A stretch of 48,569 bases of DNA from an uncultured Bacteroidales bacterium (lineage in GTDB: Bacteria > Bacteroidota > Bacteroidia > Bacteroidales > Dysgonomonadaceae): positions 1 through 48,569 of the forward strand of contig CAXYYA010000028.1 of assembly GCA_964293155.1 (NCBI GenBank), written 5' to 3'. Positions 9,985 through 19,577 of the stretch are shown here, one piece after another (within the stretch, counting starts at the first letter, position 1; every line of letters begins with the position of its first letter). The translations under genes and the position numbers were made by a program. A model generated the notes under the pieces. The model saw only the letters and a list, made by a program, of their open reading frames with translations, had not been told where the DNA came from and made no database searches.

Positions 9985-11580
9985 TTAGCTACTGCACACC
10001 TGCAAAGCGGCCGGAACAATATCAATGGTTACGGGAGTTGTGCCGCTGATCTCACCGTCAATTACCAGTTTCTGCGTCGGGTGTGTATCTAACTCCACGT
10101 GTTTCCCCTGAAAATGCTTCACGAATTCGCTACCTTCGGTAGGTTTGTCTTTGAGCAACTGCACCAATGTTTCGGCGGCATTTGCTTCGTTTTCCACGTT
10201 CACGATTACCGTCACGTCCAGCAGCCCGTCGTCCGGTAACGGTTCAGAACCTCCCTGTGCAAAAATGGATGTTTTAGGTGCAGTGTTTGCGATTGTTACG
10301 CTTCCGGTTTGAAACGTGTAGGTTTGATCATCAACTTTTAACGTTGCTTCAAAAATATCTTCTTTTTTAATGTGTTTTATTCCTCCGAGAATGTATCCGA
10401 AAGCGCCCCATTCGTCTTTTAAGCCGTCTTCGGCTTCTTCGGTCATTCCGCGCTCCAAACCTGCGCCTGCAAGCAAAACCATGTAAGAGTCGTTTATTTT
10501 CGCTATATCAATTTTGCGCGTTTTTCCCGAAGTGATCACGGCGCACGCCGTTTCAATGGGTTTCAACCGGATGCCATCGCCGTACAACATGGAAGCCAGG
10601 GCGTTGCTCGTCCCGAACGGAATTATTCCCATTACTGCGTCGGTATTTACCAAGGCTTGAGCCACCTGTGTTACGGTACCGTCGCCTCCGGCGGCAACCA
10701 CAAATTGCTTCCCTTCATTCACCAATTGTTGGGCAATGTCTTTAGCCTGATTTTGCTCTGTAGCTTCATGGAACGTGAGTTCGAAAAAGCTTTTCAACAG
10801 TTCGTTGACTTTATCCAGTTTTTCTTCTTTGGCTGTTCCTGCTGCTGCATTATAGATGATATGCAGTTCATCGGATTTCTTTTCCATGGATATCCCGAAG
10901 CTGTTCAGACTGGCGAATTGTCGTGTATTCGGCTTAACGTTCGGCCTGACTTTCCGGACTTCGTCAATCAAATCCTGATACGAACGCGACGGGTCCAGAA
11001 ATTTGAGATACGCCAAAAGTACGGTCACCGACCGACCTTGTCCCAATGCGCAGTGGATCAAAACTTCTTTTCCGTCTTTTCGTTGCTGATCAATCCATCT
11101 GACAGCCATTTCCAATTGGTTTTTCCGGGGACTATTGTGATCCATTACCGGGATGTTCAGATATTCTACATCACGTCCTAAAAATTGTGTTTCAATGGCA
11201 TCGAATTCAGCCGTAACGTCCAGTATGGCATTGATAGGACTCTCTTTGAGCGATTTCAGATCGGTGAACACCAACCGTCTGCTCAACCATAATCCGTCAC
11301 GGATTTCCTGCAATGGTGGCACATTGTCTCTTGATCGGGCGATCAGATTAAAAATGGTGGCGCCCAGCAAAACCGGAAATATGGCAATTTTTATGTAAAA
11401 CGGTAGTCGCCCGCCCTTGCTTTTAAAAAGCATTTCGCCGAAGTCGGCGAAATAAGCGATCGCGTAATAAAGCGATGAGAGCGATATCCAGATTAAAATG
11501 ATCTGTAGGATAAGAGGAGTGAAAAAACTAAGTACGGCAACAAGTACCGAAAAAATCAGGTAGATGTATCCTCTGTTCAT
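9985..11580 (-). CDS. Membrane-anchored fusion: dual-specificity/tyrosine phosphatase domain (HCxxGxxRS) plus diacylglycerol-kinase-like lipid kinase (DAGK_cat, GGDGT)
   Basis: 531 aa. It has ~3 N-terminal TM helices, the P-loop HCALGQGRSVTV, then IIYNAAAG...VVAAGGDGTV...IIPFGTSNALA (YegS/BmrU/sphingosine-kinase-like catalytic domain) plus an accessory domain. Confidence 0.8.
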   Translation of the reverse strand: MNRGYIYLIFSVLVAVLSFFTPLILQIILIWISLSSLYYAIAYFADFGEMLFKSKGGRLPFYIKIAIFPVLLGATIFNLIARSRDNVPPLQEIRDGLWLSRRLVFTDLKSLKESPINAILDVTAEFDAIETQFLGRDVEYLNIPVMDHNSPRKNQLEMAVRWIDQQRKDGKEVLIHCALGQGRSVTVLLAYLKFLDPSRSYQDLIDEVRKVRPNVKPNTRQFASLNSFGISMEKKSDELHIIYNAAAGTAKEEKLDKVNELLKSFFELTFHEATEQNQAKDIAQQLVNEGKQFVVAAGGDGTVTQVAQALVNTDAVMGIIPFGTSNALASMLYGDGIRLKPIETACAVITSGKTRKIDIAKINDSYMVLLAGAGLERGMTEEAEDGLKDEWGAFGYILGGIKHIKKEDIFEATLKVDDQTYTFQTGSVTIANTAPKTSIFAQGGSEPLPDDGLLDVTVIVNVENEANAAETLVQLLKDKPTEGSEFVKHFQGKHVELDTHPTQKLVIDGEISGTTPVTIDIVPAALQVCSS

Positions 11581-11691
11581 AGGATTAGCGATTGTATTTA
11601 TTTGAACTATAACAAAGTAAATTTAAAGAATAAACATTTTTAACACGGGCAAAGTTCAGAGAGTAAAGTTGTTTTTAAGTACGAAACAAAA

Positions 11692-11725
11692 AGCGCATCG
11701 CAATATTTTGCGACGCGCTTTTTGT
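11692..11725. terminator. Rho-independent terminator downstream of the PIN-PhoH gene
   Basis: aaagcgcatcgcaa-tatttt-gcgacgcgcttttt, a 13-bp stem with one mismatch. It has an A-run before and a T-run after, so it reads in either direction. Confidence 0.55.
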
Positions 11726-11761
11726 CTTATGTCTTATGTCTTTGTTCTTTGTTCTAACTGT

Positions 11762-13153
11762 TTACAACAGATTACTTGCCAGTTCAGAAAGCTCGCTCCG
11801 TTCACCTTTCACGAGGTTTACGTGCGCGAAAATATTTTGTCCCTTCATCTTATCAATCATATACGCAAGGCCGTTGGATTGCGAATCGAGGTAAGGTTGG
11901 TCAATTTGTTGCAGGTCGCCCGTGAACACCATTTTTGTGCCTTCGCCTGCGCGGGTGATAATGGTTTTCACTTCGTGAGGGGTGAGGTTCTGAGCTTCGT
12001 CTATAATGCAAAACGTTTCCGTGAGGCTACGGCCGCGGATGTAAGCCAAGGCTTCGATTTCCAGTTGTCCCGATTTTTGCATTTCTTCAATTACGCGCAA
12101 ATCGCCGCTGTTGGTTCCAAGTTGCGATTTGATCACGTTCAGGTTATCGAAAAGCGGTTGCATGTAAGGCGCGATTTTCTGTTTTTCGTCGCCGGGCAGG
12201 AATCCCAGGTCTTTGTTGGACAATGATACAATGGGGCGCGCAAGCAGTATCTGATGATACAGTTTGTTTTGTTTGAGCGCCGATGCCAGCGCCAAAAGGG
12301 TTTTTCCGGTTCCGGCTTTTCCGGTGAGCCCCACGAGTTTCACTTCGGGATCGTTCAACACCTTAAAAGCAAAAGCTTGTTCGGCGTTTCGCGGATGGAT
12401 GCCGAAATTGTTGTCTTTATCAACCTTTTCAACCGTTTTGGTGAACGGATTGTAGCGTGCCAATACGCTGTTGCGGTCGCTTTTAAGTATAAAACACTGG
12501 TTTGGCGCAATTTCCGTTTGAAAATTGAATTCGTCGAAATCCACCCCTTTTTGCTGTGCATAGATCTGATCAATCAAATCGGGATTCACACCCTCAATAA
12601 CGAGCTCTTCCTGTTCAAATATGTCAATGTTGGTAACTTTGTCAGTGATATAATCTTCGGCCAGCAATCCGAGCGAGCGCGCTTTCATGCGCAGGTTAAT
12701 ATCTTTGGATACTAAAATGGCTTTGGTTTTCGGATATTTTTCCGTGATGCTTTGCAAGGTGGACAGTATGCGATTATCAGGGACTCTTTCGGGGAAAGCT
12801 TGCGTAATTTTCGGATTATCAGGAATATTAACAATGTATAATTTTCCGCGTCCGACACCGAGTTCGGCTCCGTTGGTAAACAGATCATCGTCTGTTATCA
12901 GGTCCAGTTCCCGCACAAATGCGCGAGCATTAAAATTTATTTGTTCGTTGCCTTTTTTAAATTTATCCAATTCTTCCAATACCACAAAAGGAATATAAAC
13001 ATCGTTCTCTTCAAAATTATCCAAACACTTGTAGTCGTGCAGGATAACGTTGGTGTCGAGAATGAAATTCTTTTTGGGATTCCGTGAAGTTGATTTAGTC
13101 TTTACGGTTGACTTTTCGGTTGTAGCTTTCGTAGTCTTACCAGTTGTTGCCAT
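11762..13153 (-). CDS. PhoH-like ATPase with an N-terminal PIN domain (YlaK-type)
   Basis: 463 aa with a PIN signature (ILDTNVILHDYKCL...VVLEELD), then Walker A (GLTGKAGTGKTLLALA) and a PhoH core. Confidence 0.9.
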   Translation of the reverse strand: MATTGKTTKATTEKSTVKTKSTSRNPKKNFILDTNVILHDYKCLDNFEENDVYIPFVVLEELDKFKKGNEQINFNARAFVRELDLITDDDLFTNGAELGVGRGKLYIVNIPDNPKITQAFPERVPDNRILSTLQSITEKYPKTKAILVSKDINLRMKARSLGLLAEDYITDKVTNIDIFEQEELVIEGVNPDLIDQIYAQQKGVDFDEFNFQTEIAPNQCFILKSDRNSVLARYNPFTKTVEKVDKDNNFGIHPRNAEQAFAFKVLNDPEVKLVGLTGKAGTGKTLLALASALKQNKLYHQILLARPIVSLSNKDLGFLPGDEKQKIAPYMQPLFDNLNVIKSQLGTNSGDLRVIEEMQKSGQLEIEALAYIRGRSLTETFCIIDEAQNLTPHEVKTIITRAGEGTKMVFTGDLQQIDQPYLDSQSNGLAYMIDKMKGQNIFAHVNLVKGERSELSELASNLL

Positions 13154-13263
13154 GTTTCGTTGCGTTTAAAGTTTTTGTACGTTTTTTCATTTCAATAAAA
13201 ACGTAAATATACTAAGAATGTTTACACGAAACGCATTTATTTCGTTTTTTGATGCGTCGTTCC

Positions 13264-13290
13264 ACAAAAAAAGCGCCATTGGCGCTCTTT
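13264..13290. terminator. Terminator hairpin downstream of the lipocalin-like lipoprotein gene
   Basis: agcgcc-att-ggcgct with a flanking A-run and T-run. On the minus strand it is followed by UUUUUUUU. Confidence 0.6.
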
Positions 13291-13312
13291 ATTTTCCGAT
13301 CATTATCTTCCG

Positions 13313-13720
13313 TTATGTGAAAGTGATTTCCTGAAGCCCAAGGTCGCCAATTGTCATTTTAAGCACCAGTTGGGTTAATGAGACCGAAACCACTTCGTAT
13401 CGCGTAACAATGGCCCCGTTTTTCAGGGTAAGCAATTTTCCGTCGGTTGATAATTGCCATTCTCCGCTTTGGTTGGTTTCTGCGAAACAAATATCGGAGC
13501 CAACGTTGATGGTGTAGGTGCCATCCGCTTTAAAATCCCAGACATCGTCTTTCTGACAATCCAACAGGTCAATCGGCGCTTGCGAAGTCATTTTCCAGTT
13601 TTTTACCATCATAGCCGCTTTCGTGAGGTCGCCCTGTATTTCCTCTTTCGAGCAGGACGAAACCAATATTCCGATGAGGCTGGTTAGCAGGAAAAGCGCT
13701 AAATAATTCAATTTTTTCAC
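13313..13720 (-). CDS. Lipocalin-like-domain lipoprotein (hypothetical)
   Basis: 135 aa. Lipobox LVSSC follows a signal peptide, and the fold is beta-rich. The start codon is GTG (revcomp of cac at 13718-13720). No in-frame ATG is available. Confidence 0.55.
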   Translation of the reverse strand: MKKLNYLALFLLTSLIGILVSSCSKEEIQGDLTKAAMMVKNWKMTSQAPIDLLDCQKDDVWDFKADGTYTINVGSDICFAETNQSGEWQLSTDGKLLTLKNGAIVTRYEVVSVSLTQLVLKMTIGDLGLQEITFT

Positions 13721-13916
13721 AAGGATTACTTTTTTTGATTAATAAGTATAAAAATAGAAGTTGTGAACTTCAAAAACAGTTTCTTTTTAATATAAACGCG
13801 TGAAGCTTTGTGAATGTTAATGCTTTAAACATACTTTACGATAACATCTCGTTTTTTTGCGTTTACTAACGCTTTGTCGGTTTCTTTCACATCATTCCTT
13901 GTTTTCAGGATAAAGT

Positions 13917-13950
13917 TTTGAGCAGAACAATACAAAAAGTATTATCTTTG
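13917..13950 (+). promoter_or_regulatory. Candidate Bacteroidetes promoter for dcp: TTTG at ~-33 (13917-13920) and TAtcTTTG at -7 (13943-13950)
   Basis: The spacing and motifs fit the TTTG/TAnnTTTG consensus. The predicted TSS lies ~25 nt upstream of the ATG at 13981. Confidence 0.35.
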
Positions 13951-13980
13951 TCATCATTTTTGACTTTAAATAAAACGTTT

Positions 13981-16074
13981 ATGAAGAAAATCTTATTAGC
14001 AATTTGTTTTATGACAGCAATCACAGCTCTCCACGCGGAAGAGAATCCGTTTTTTAAACCGTACGCCACGCCTCACGAAACGCCACCGTTCGATAAAATT
14101 AAAACCGGACATTTTGAACCGGCTTTCGATAAGGCGATACAGGAACACGAACGTCAAATTGATGCTATCGCAAACAACGCCCAGGCGCCTACTTTCGCGA
14201 ACACTATTTTGGCTATGGAGTATTCCGGCGAATTGTTGAACAAAGTGAGCAGCGTGTTTTTCAATCTGTTAAGTGCCGAGAGCAACGATGAGATGATGGA
14301 AATATCGCAACGCTTGAGCCCGAAACTTTCGGAACACGGCAACAACATCAACCTCAACGAAAAACTTTTCAACCGAGTGAAAGCGGTTTATGATGTCCGC
14401 AACACATCGGGACTTACGCCGGAGCAGATCCGCTTGGTGGAAAAATATTATCAGGGGTTTGAAGACAGCGGCGCTACGCTTTCTCCCGAAGACAAAGCGA
14501 AATACAGGAAATTATCAGCGGAGTTGAGCCTGGCATCGTTGGAATTCGGGCAAAACAGTTTGAAAGAGACCAATAAGTACGAGATGCTGCTTACCGATAA
14601 AGCCGATCTTGCCGGACTTCCCGAAAGCGTGCTGGACGCCGCTGCGGCCAAAGCCAAATCGAAAGGAAAGGAAGGCTGGATGTTCGATTTGTCTGCGCCC
14701 AGTTACATCGGTTTTATGAAGTACTCATCGCGTCGCGATCTGCGCGAAAAACTCTACATGGCCTACAATACCAAAAGTGTGATGGGTGGCGAGTTCGATA
14801 ACCAACAGAACGTGGAAAAGATCGTTAACCTGCGGTTACAGATCGCTAACCTGCTCGGATACAAAACGTATGCCGATTATGCGCTGAAATACCGCATGGC
14901 AAAAAATCCCGGTGGCGTTTACAACCTGCTCAACGATCTGGCAAAAGCCTATGGCCCCGTTGCCGCAAAAGAATTCAACGATGTGCAGGCTTACGCCTCC
15001 GAAATGGAGGGAAAACCGGTTGATATTCAGCCGTGGGACTGGAGTTATTATTCCGATAAACTGAAAGACGAACGTTTTAGCGTGAACGATGAACTGGTTC
15101 GCCCGTATTTCGAGTTGGAACGTGTGAAAAAAGGCGTTTTCGGACTGGCTACCGACCTTTACGGTTTAACGTTTGTGAAAAATCCCGACATCCCCGTTTA
15201 TCATCCCGAAGTGGATGCGTATGACGTGATGGACGAAAACGGCAACTTCCTCGCCGTGCTTTTCACCGACTTCCATCCCCGCGATGGCAAGCGCGCCGGC
15301 GCCTGGATGACGGAGTATAAAAGCCAGTGGGTGAGAGACGGAAAAGACAGCCGTCCGCACGTATCGCTGGTGATGAATTTTACCCGTCCTACCGAAACCA
15401 AACCCGCATTGCTCACTTTCGACGAGGTAGAGACTTTCCTCCACGAGTTTGGACACGCCCTGCACGGAATGCTTTCGCGCGGAAACTACGAATCGCTGAG
15501 CGGAACCAACGTTTACCGCGATTTTGTGGAACTGCCGTCGCAAATCATGGAAAACTGGCTGGTGGAAAAAGATTACCTCGACAAATTTGCCGTGCACTAC
15601 AAAACAGGTGAGAAAATGCCTGCCGAACTGGTTCAAAAGATCATTGACGCGGCCAACTACAACGCCGGTTACCTTTGCCTGCGGCAATTATCGTTCGGCT
15701 ACCTGGATATGGCCTGGCACACGTTAGATAGCCCTTTCGCCGGCGATGTTCGTGCATTCGAGCATGCCGCCATGGATAAGGTGAAAGTGCTTCCGGTGAT
15801 ACCCGAAACCTGCATGTCCACATCGTTCGGACACATTTTCTCGGGCGGATACGCCGCCGGATACTACGGTTATAAGTGGGCGGAAGTGTTGGATGCCGAT
15901 GCATTTTCGGTATTCCGTAAAAACGGTATTTTCGATAAAAAAACGGCCGCATCGTTTCGCCGCAACATTCTTGAAAAAGGCAACTCGCAAGAGCCGATGA
16001 CGCTGTACAAGAATTTCCGCGGGCAGGAGCCTTCCATCGAAGCTTTGCTCCGGAGAAACGGCGTGAAAGAATAA
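13981..16074 (+). CDS. dcp: M3-family zinc metallopeptidase, peptidyl-dipeptidase Dcp / oligopeptidase A-like (secreted)
   Basis: HEFGHALHGM zinc motif and an M3 fold. The signal peptide MKKILLAICFMTAITALHA starts at the ATG at 13981. The six-frame track begins at an upstream TTG (13918), which is probably not used. Confidence 0.9.
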   Translation: MKKILLAICFMTAITALHAEENPFFKPYATPHETPPFDKIKTGHFEPAFDKAIQEHERQIDAIANNAQAPTFANTILAMEYSGELLNKVSSVFFNLLSAESNDEMMEISQRLSPKLSEHGNNINLNEKLFNRVKAVYDVRNTSGLTPEQIRLVEKYYQGFEDSGATLSPEDKAKYRKLSAELSLASLEFGQNSLKETNKYEMLLTDKADLAGLPESVLDAAAAKAKSKGKEGWMFDLSAPSYIGFMKYSSRRDLREKLYMAYNTKSVMGGEFDNQQNVEKIVNLRLQIANLLGYKTYADYALKYRMAKNPGGVYNLLNDLAKAYGPVAAKEFNDVQAYASEMEGKPVDIQPWDWSYYSDKLKDERFSVNDELVRPYFELERVKKGVFGLATDLYGLTFVKNPDIPVYHPEVDAYDVMDENGNFLAVLFTDFHPRDGKRAGAWMTEYKSQWVRDGKDSRPHVSLVMNFTRPTETKPALLTFDEVETFLHEFGHALHGMLSRGNYESLSGTNVYRDFVELPSQIMENWLVEKDYLDKFAVHYKTGEKMPAELVQKIIDAANYNAGYLCLRQLSFGYLDMAWHTLDSPFAGDVRAFEHAAMDKVKVLPVIPETCMSTSFGHIFSGGYAAGYYGYKWAEVLDADAFSVFRKNGIFDKKTAASFRRNILEKGNSQEPMTLYKNFRGQEPSIEALLRRNGVKE

Positions 16075-16162
16075 TCGTCTTAGCGCGAGCGTCGTGCGGT
16101 TTTGAGCCGCAAGATGCATTCCGGAACGGCAGAAGAATGATAATTTGACAGAAATTGTCCGT

Positions 16163-16199
16163 AAACGTCCTCAAATATCGGGGGCGTTTTTCTTTTTTA
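16163..16199 (+). terminator. Probable terminator after dcp
   Basis: aaacgtcc-tcaaatatcg-gggcgttt (one G-U pair) followed by ttttcttttttt. Confidence 0.45.
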
Positions 16200-16386
16200 C
16201 GTTTTTTACCGAAAAAAAACAACTAAAAACGTAAGACTTAGTTTTTTATTCCTATCTTTGCTGCGCAAAAGTTTTTATAGCAGAATCGTTTTCAAATTTC
16301 TTCTCGCAACGTTAAGCAATTGGTTAACCTCTCTTATACATTATCTTTCTGCGCAATTTTTAATTTATTTATTTTAATTTTTTTAC

Positions 16387-16704
16387 ATGAACATTTTCGT
16401 TGCAGGCTTGAGCTATCAGATTAGCGATGCCGATTTAAAAGAGCTTTTTGAGGAATATGGAGAAGTATCCTCAGCAAAAATTATTACAGACAGGGAAACG
16501 CGCCGTTCTAAAGGCTATGGCTTTGTAGAAATGGCTGATGAAGACGGACAACGTGCTATTGATGAATTAAACGGAGCAGAATACGACGGACGTACATTAT
16601 CGGTATCCGTGGCTCGTCCACGCGCCGAAGGCGGCGATCGCCCGCGCCACAACAACCGTGGTGGTTACGGAAATCGCGAAAACCGTGACAGAAACAGATA
16701 TTAA
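16387..16704 (+). CDS. RRM-domain RNA-binding protein with an RGG/Arg-Asp-rich tail
   Basis: 105 aa with RNP2 (NIFVAGLSY) and RNP1 (KGYGFVEM) motifs. Confidence 0.9.
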   Translation: MNIFVAGLSYQISDADLKELFEEYGEVSSAKIITDRETRRSKGYGFVEMADEDGQRAIDELNGAEYDGRTLSVSVARPRAEGGDRPRHNNRGGYGNRENRDRNRY

Positions 16705-16728
16705 GGAACAAAAACTTCGATAGTATGA

Positions 16729-16764
16729 AAGACTGCTTCTGAAAATGATGCAGTCTTTTTTTAT
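16729..16764 (+). terminator. Rho-independent terminator after the RRM gene
   Basis: aagactgc-ttctgaaaatgat-gcagtctt followed by ttttttt. It overlaps the track ORF start at 16745, which argues for the later tsaB start. Confidence 0.65.
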
Positions 16765-16813
16765 TGAACTATTTAACAGATCGAGTGTTATTAAACCAAA
16801 TTGCGACGCGCTC

Positions 16814-17509
16814 ATGAGCACTTTTTTACAAATTGAAACAGCTACACCGGTTTGTTCGGCTACCCTTTCAAAAAACGGAGAAATCGTTTACAATAAAGAA
16901 GACTTTACGGGACAATCGCATGCGGTAAAACTCGGCGTGTTTGTGGAAGAAACAATGCAACACGTCCGCCGTGAAGGGCTGCATGTGGATGCCGTTGTGG
17001 TGAGTAGCGGCCCGGGCTCTTATACCGGATTGCGCATTGGCGTGTCCGAAGCAAAAGGCCTCAGCTATGGCCTCGGCGCGCCGCTGATCGCTATCCCCAC
17101 GCCTTTGATCATGGCGCACATGTTGAAAGACGAAGTAGAAGAAGATGCTCTTCTTTGTCCGATGATAGATGCGCGGCGAATGGAAGTCTATGCCACTTTC
17201 TTCGATACTTCGCTGAACGTTGTTCGCCCCACAGCCGCCGATATTGTAACGGAAAACAGCTATTCCGACCTGTTGGAAAACCATCGCGTGGTGTTTTTCG
17301 GTAACGGAGCCGATAAGTGTAAAACGATGATCACACATCCCAACGCCCGATTTTTACCGGATGTTTATCCGCTCGCTTCGGCCATGACGGCGCTCGCCGA
17401 AAAATCTTTCACAGAAAAAGATTTCGTGGACACGGCTTATTTTGAACCTTTTTACTTAAAAGAATTTGTGGCCACCGTGCCGAAAAATAAAGTATTGTCT
17501 AATATATAA
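16814..17509 (+). CDS. tsaB: tRNA threonylcarbamoyladenosine biosynthesis protein TsaB (YeaZ-like)
   Basis: MSTFLQIETATPVCSATL...VVSSGPGSYTGLRIGVSEAKGLSYGLGAPLIAIPT. The ATG at 16814 is chosen over the track start at 16745, which lies inside the upstream terminator. Confidence 0.8.
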   Translation: MSTFLQIETATPVCSATLSKNGEIVYNKEDFTGQSHAVKLGVFVEETMQHVRREGLHVDAVVVSSGPGSYTGLRIGVSEAKGLSYGLGAPLIAIPTPLIMAHMLKDEVEEDALLCPMIDARRMEVYATFFDTSLNVVRPTAADIVTENSYSDLLENHRVVFFGNGADKCKTMITHPNARFLPDVYPLASAMTALAEKSFTEKDFVDTAYFEPFYLKEFVATVPKNKVLSNI

Positions 17510-17520
17510 ATTAATTGATT

Positions 17521-17703
17521 ATGAGCGATTTTAAAATTAAAGTTCAGCCCAACGGCCCGCTTATCGTGACCGGAAAATTCAAATTGGAATTACAAAACGG
17601 AACAGTTGAAGAAAAAGAAACGGCCACGCTTTGTCGTTGTGGACATTCGCAGAATAAACCTTTTTGCGACGGATCGCACCGGAAAGTTGGTTTTGAAGGG
17701 TAG
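17521..17703 (+). CDS. CDGSH iron-sulfur domain protein
   Basis: CRCGHSQNKPFCDGSH signature. The ATG is at 17521; the track start at 17515 is TTG. Confidence 0.75.
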   Translation: MSDFKIKVQPNGPLIVTGKFKLELQNGTVEEKETATLCRCGHSQNKPFCDGSHRKVGFEG

Positions 17704-17754
17704 AGGGAAAAGGTCTGTACAACATTTGTTATAAAATTATTTTTATGATTATCC

Positions 17755-17960
17755 GCAAAGTGTCCTAATATCAATTGCCACGGCTTTCAAGCCGTGGAAG
17801 GTATGAATTTAATTAAATTGGCTTTAGCCGAAATTTATGTAAACTTCCCGATTGCGGAATAAGTTGGGCTAAAGCCCATCTCATAGATACATCTAATTAT
17901 CCACGCCATAAATGGCGTGGCAATTGACACGGTTAATTAGGAAGGTTTGCGGATAATCAT
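17755..17960. mobile_element. MITE-like element, family A, copy 2 (206 bp, intact TIRs, no family-B insert)
   Basis: atgattatccgcaaagtgtcctaatatcaattgccacg ... cgtggcaattgacacggttaattaggaaggtttgcggataatcat, with the internal ggctttagccgaaatttat...gggctaaagccc core. Confidence 0.6.
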
Positions 17961-18455
17961 TATTATTTTAAACGCTAAGACGCCAAGCCGCTACGTTATT
18001 TTCTCATTTAAAAGAAAGCCTGTCTCTCAGATTATTAGTGAGGTGAAAAATAACTCTTTGCGCCTTCCCGTCTTTGCGCCTTTGCGTACATAAAACGCTT
18101 TTATATGCTGATGTGCGTTATTTTTTGATGAAATGTTGTTAGCGATGTAGTCCCTATAATTATCGGATCACTTCAAACAATGATAAATTGAAAAGATTAT
18201 CATGATTTTGATACAACTTCTTCAATTAACCATAAACTTAGAAACTGTTTTGAATTTTTTCTGACGATGTTTTTTATTCATTTTTTGATGGATTTGGATT
18301 CCTGCCTGCGGCAGGCGGGTTCGTTACGAATCAAATAGCGGGCTATTTGGAAGAAAGGAAAATTCAAAGACGCAAAAAAGGGCAAAAAACAGTCTGAAAG
18401 AATCAGAAAAATAGTTAAAAAACAAGATTCGTAAAATTCAAAACAGTTTCTTACA

Positions 18456-19535
18456 ATGCAAATGAAAACAAAATCATTTTTTTTACTCTGTTGTCTTCTG
18501 TTTGTTTCACTGGTGATTTATGCCGAAACACCTCTCACCGTAAGGGGATTATGCTTAGGTGCACCGGCTAAGGACGATGTTCCCGCATTTGTGAAACTGA
18601 TTGACGAAAAACTAGCGCCCGACAGCGTGAACACGTTGGTGCTGCGCATTGATTACCGCTACGAATACAAATCGCATCCCGAGCTGAGAGCCGATAACCC
18701 GTTATCGGAAGCCGATGTGAAAAAAATTGTGGCCGCTTGCAAGCGGCACAATATTAGGGTGATCCCGCAGGTGAATTTATTAGGGCATCAATCGTGGGCA
18801 AGCCAGACAGGCAAGTTGTTGGAAGTTTATCCGCAATTCGATGAGACCCCGTCCATTAAACTGCCGAAAGATTATAAATGGCCGAATGCCGACGGATTGT
18901 ACTGTAAAAGTTACTGTCCGCAGCATCCAGAAGTGCACGATGTTGTATTCGAGGTAGTGGATGAAATTGTGCAGGCGTTTGAATCGGATGCGTTTCACGC
19001 GGGAATGGACGAAGTGTTCTACATTGCGCATCCCGATTGTCCCCGGTGCAAAGGTGAAGACCCTGCTGTTCTGTTCGCGGGCGAAGTAACGAAAATTCGC
19101 AACCATTTAGCCGATAACGGCAAGGAGCTATGGATTTGGGGCGACCGGCTGATTGATGGAAAAACAACCGGTATCGGTTTGTGGGAAGGCAGTTACAACA
19201 ATACACACCGGGCTATTGATCTTATTCCCAAAGACGTGGTGATCAACGACTGGCATTACGAAAAACCGCATCCAACACCCGTGCTTTTTGCTGCCAAAGG
19301 TTTCGATGTGATTATTTGTCCCTGGAGAATACCCGATGTTGCCGTAAAGGAGGCTGCGATGATGAAGATGCTGCGTGAAAACGCTTCGGACGAAATGCGG
19401 CCGCGATATGCAGGCATCATGCATACCTTCTGGAGCGATGCACGCACGTTTATAGACGGGATGAACAATACTACAGAAAAAGGCAAAAACGATCCTTCCG
19501 TTCAAACATTCAAGGAATTGGTGAAGGTTTGGTAG
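18456..19535 (+). CDS. Secreted glycoside hydrolase family 20-like (beta-N-acetylhexosaminidase catalytic-domain-like) protein
   Basis: Signal peptide. IPQVNLLGHQ resembles the GH20 IPEID-PGH motif, and FHAGMDEVF resembles H-x-G-G-D-E. The fold is TIM-barrel-like. Confidence 0.55.
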   Translation: MQMKTKSFFLLCCLLFVSLVIYAETPLTVRGLCLGAPAKDDVPAFVKLIDEKLAPDSVNTLVLRIDYRYEYKSHPELRADNPLSEADVKKIVAACKRHNIRVIPQVNLLGHQSWASQTGKLLEVYPQFDETPSIKLPKDYKWPNADGLYCKSYCPQHPEVHDVVFEVVDEIVQAFESDAFHAGMDEVFYIAHPDCPRCKGEDPAVLFAGEVTKIRNHLADNGKELWIWGDRLIDGKTTGIGLWEGSYNNTHRAIDLIPKDVVINDWHYEKPHPTPVLFAAKGFDVIICPWRIPDVAVKEAAMMKMLRENASDEMRPRYAGIMHTFWSDARTFIDGMNNTTEKGKNDPSVQTFKELVKVW

Positions 19536-19554
19536 CGAATGGCCGAAAAACAAA

Positions 19555-19577
19555 TAAAAAATCCCGGGATTTTTTTA
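19555..19577. terminator. Bidirectional terminator palindrome aaaaaatcccgggattttttt
   Basis: Perfect palindrome between the convergent GH20-like gene (+) and lipoprotein gene (-). Confidence 0.55.

Noticed and set aside
11716-11750. Short tandem repeats tgtcttatg-tcttatg-tctttgttctttgttct
   Set aside because: Trivial low-complexity sequence next to a terminator, with no further structure.
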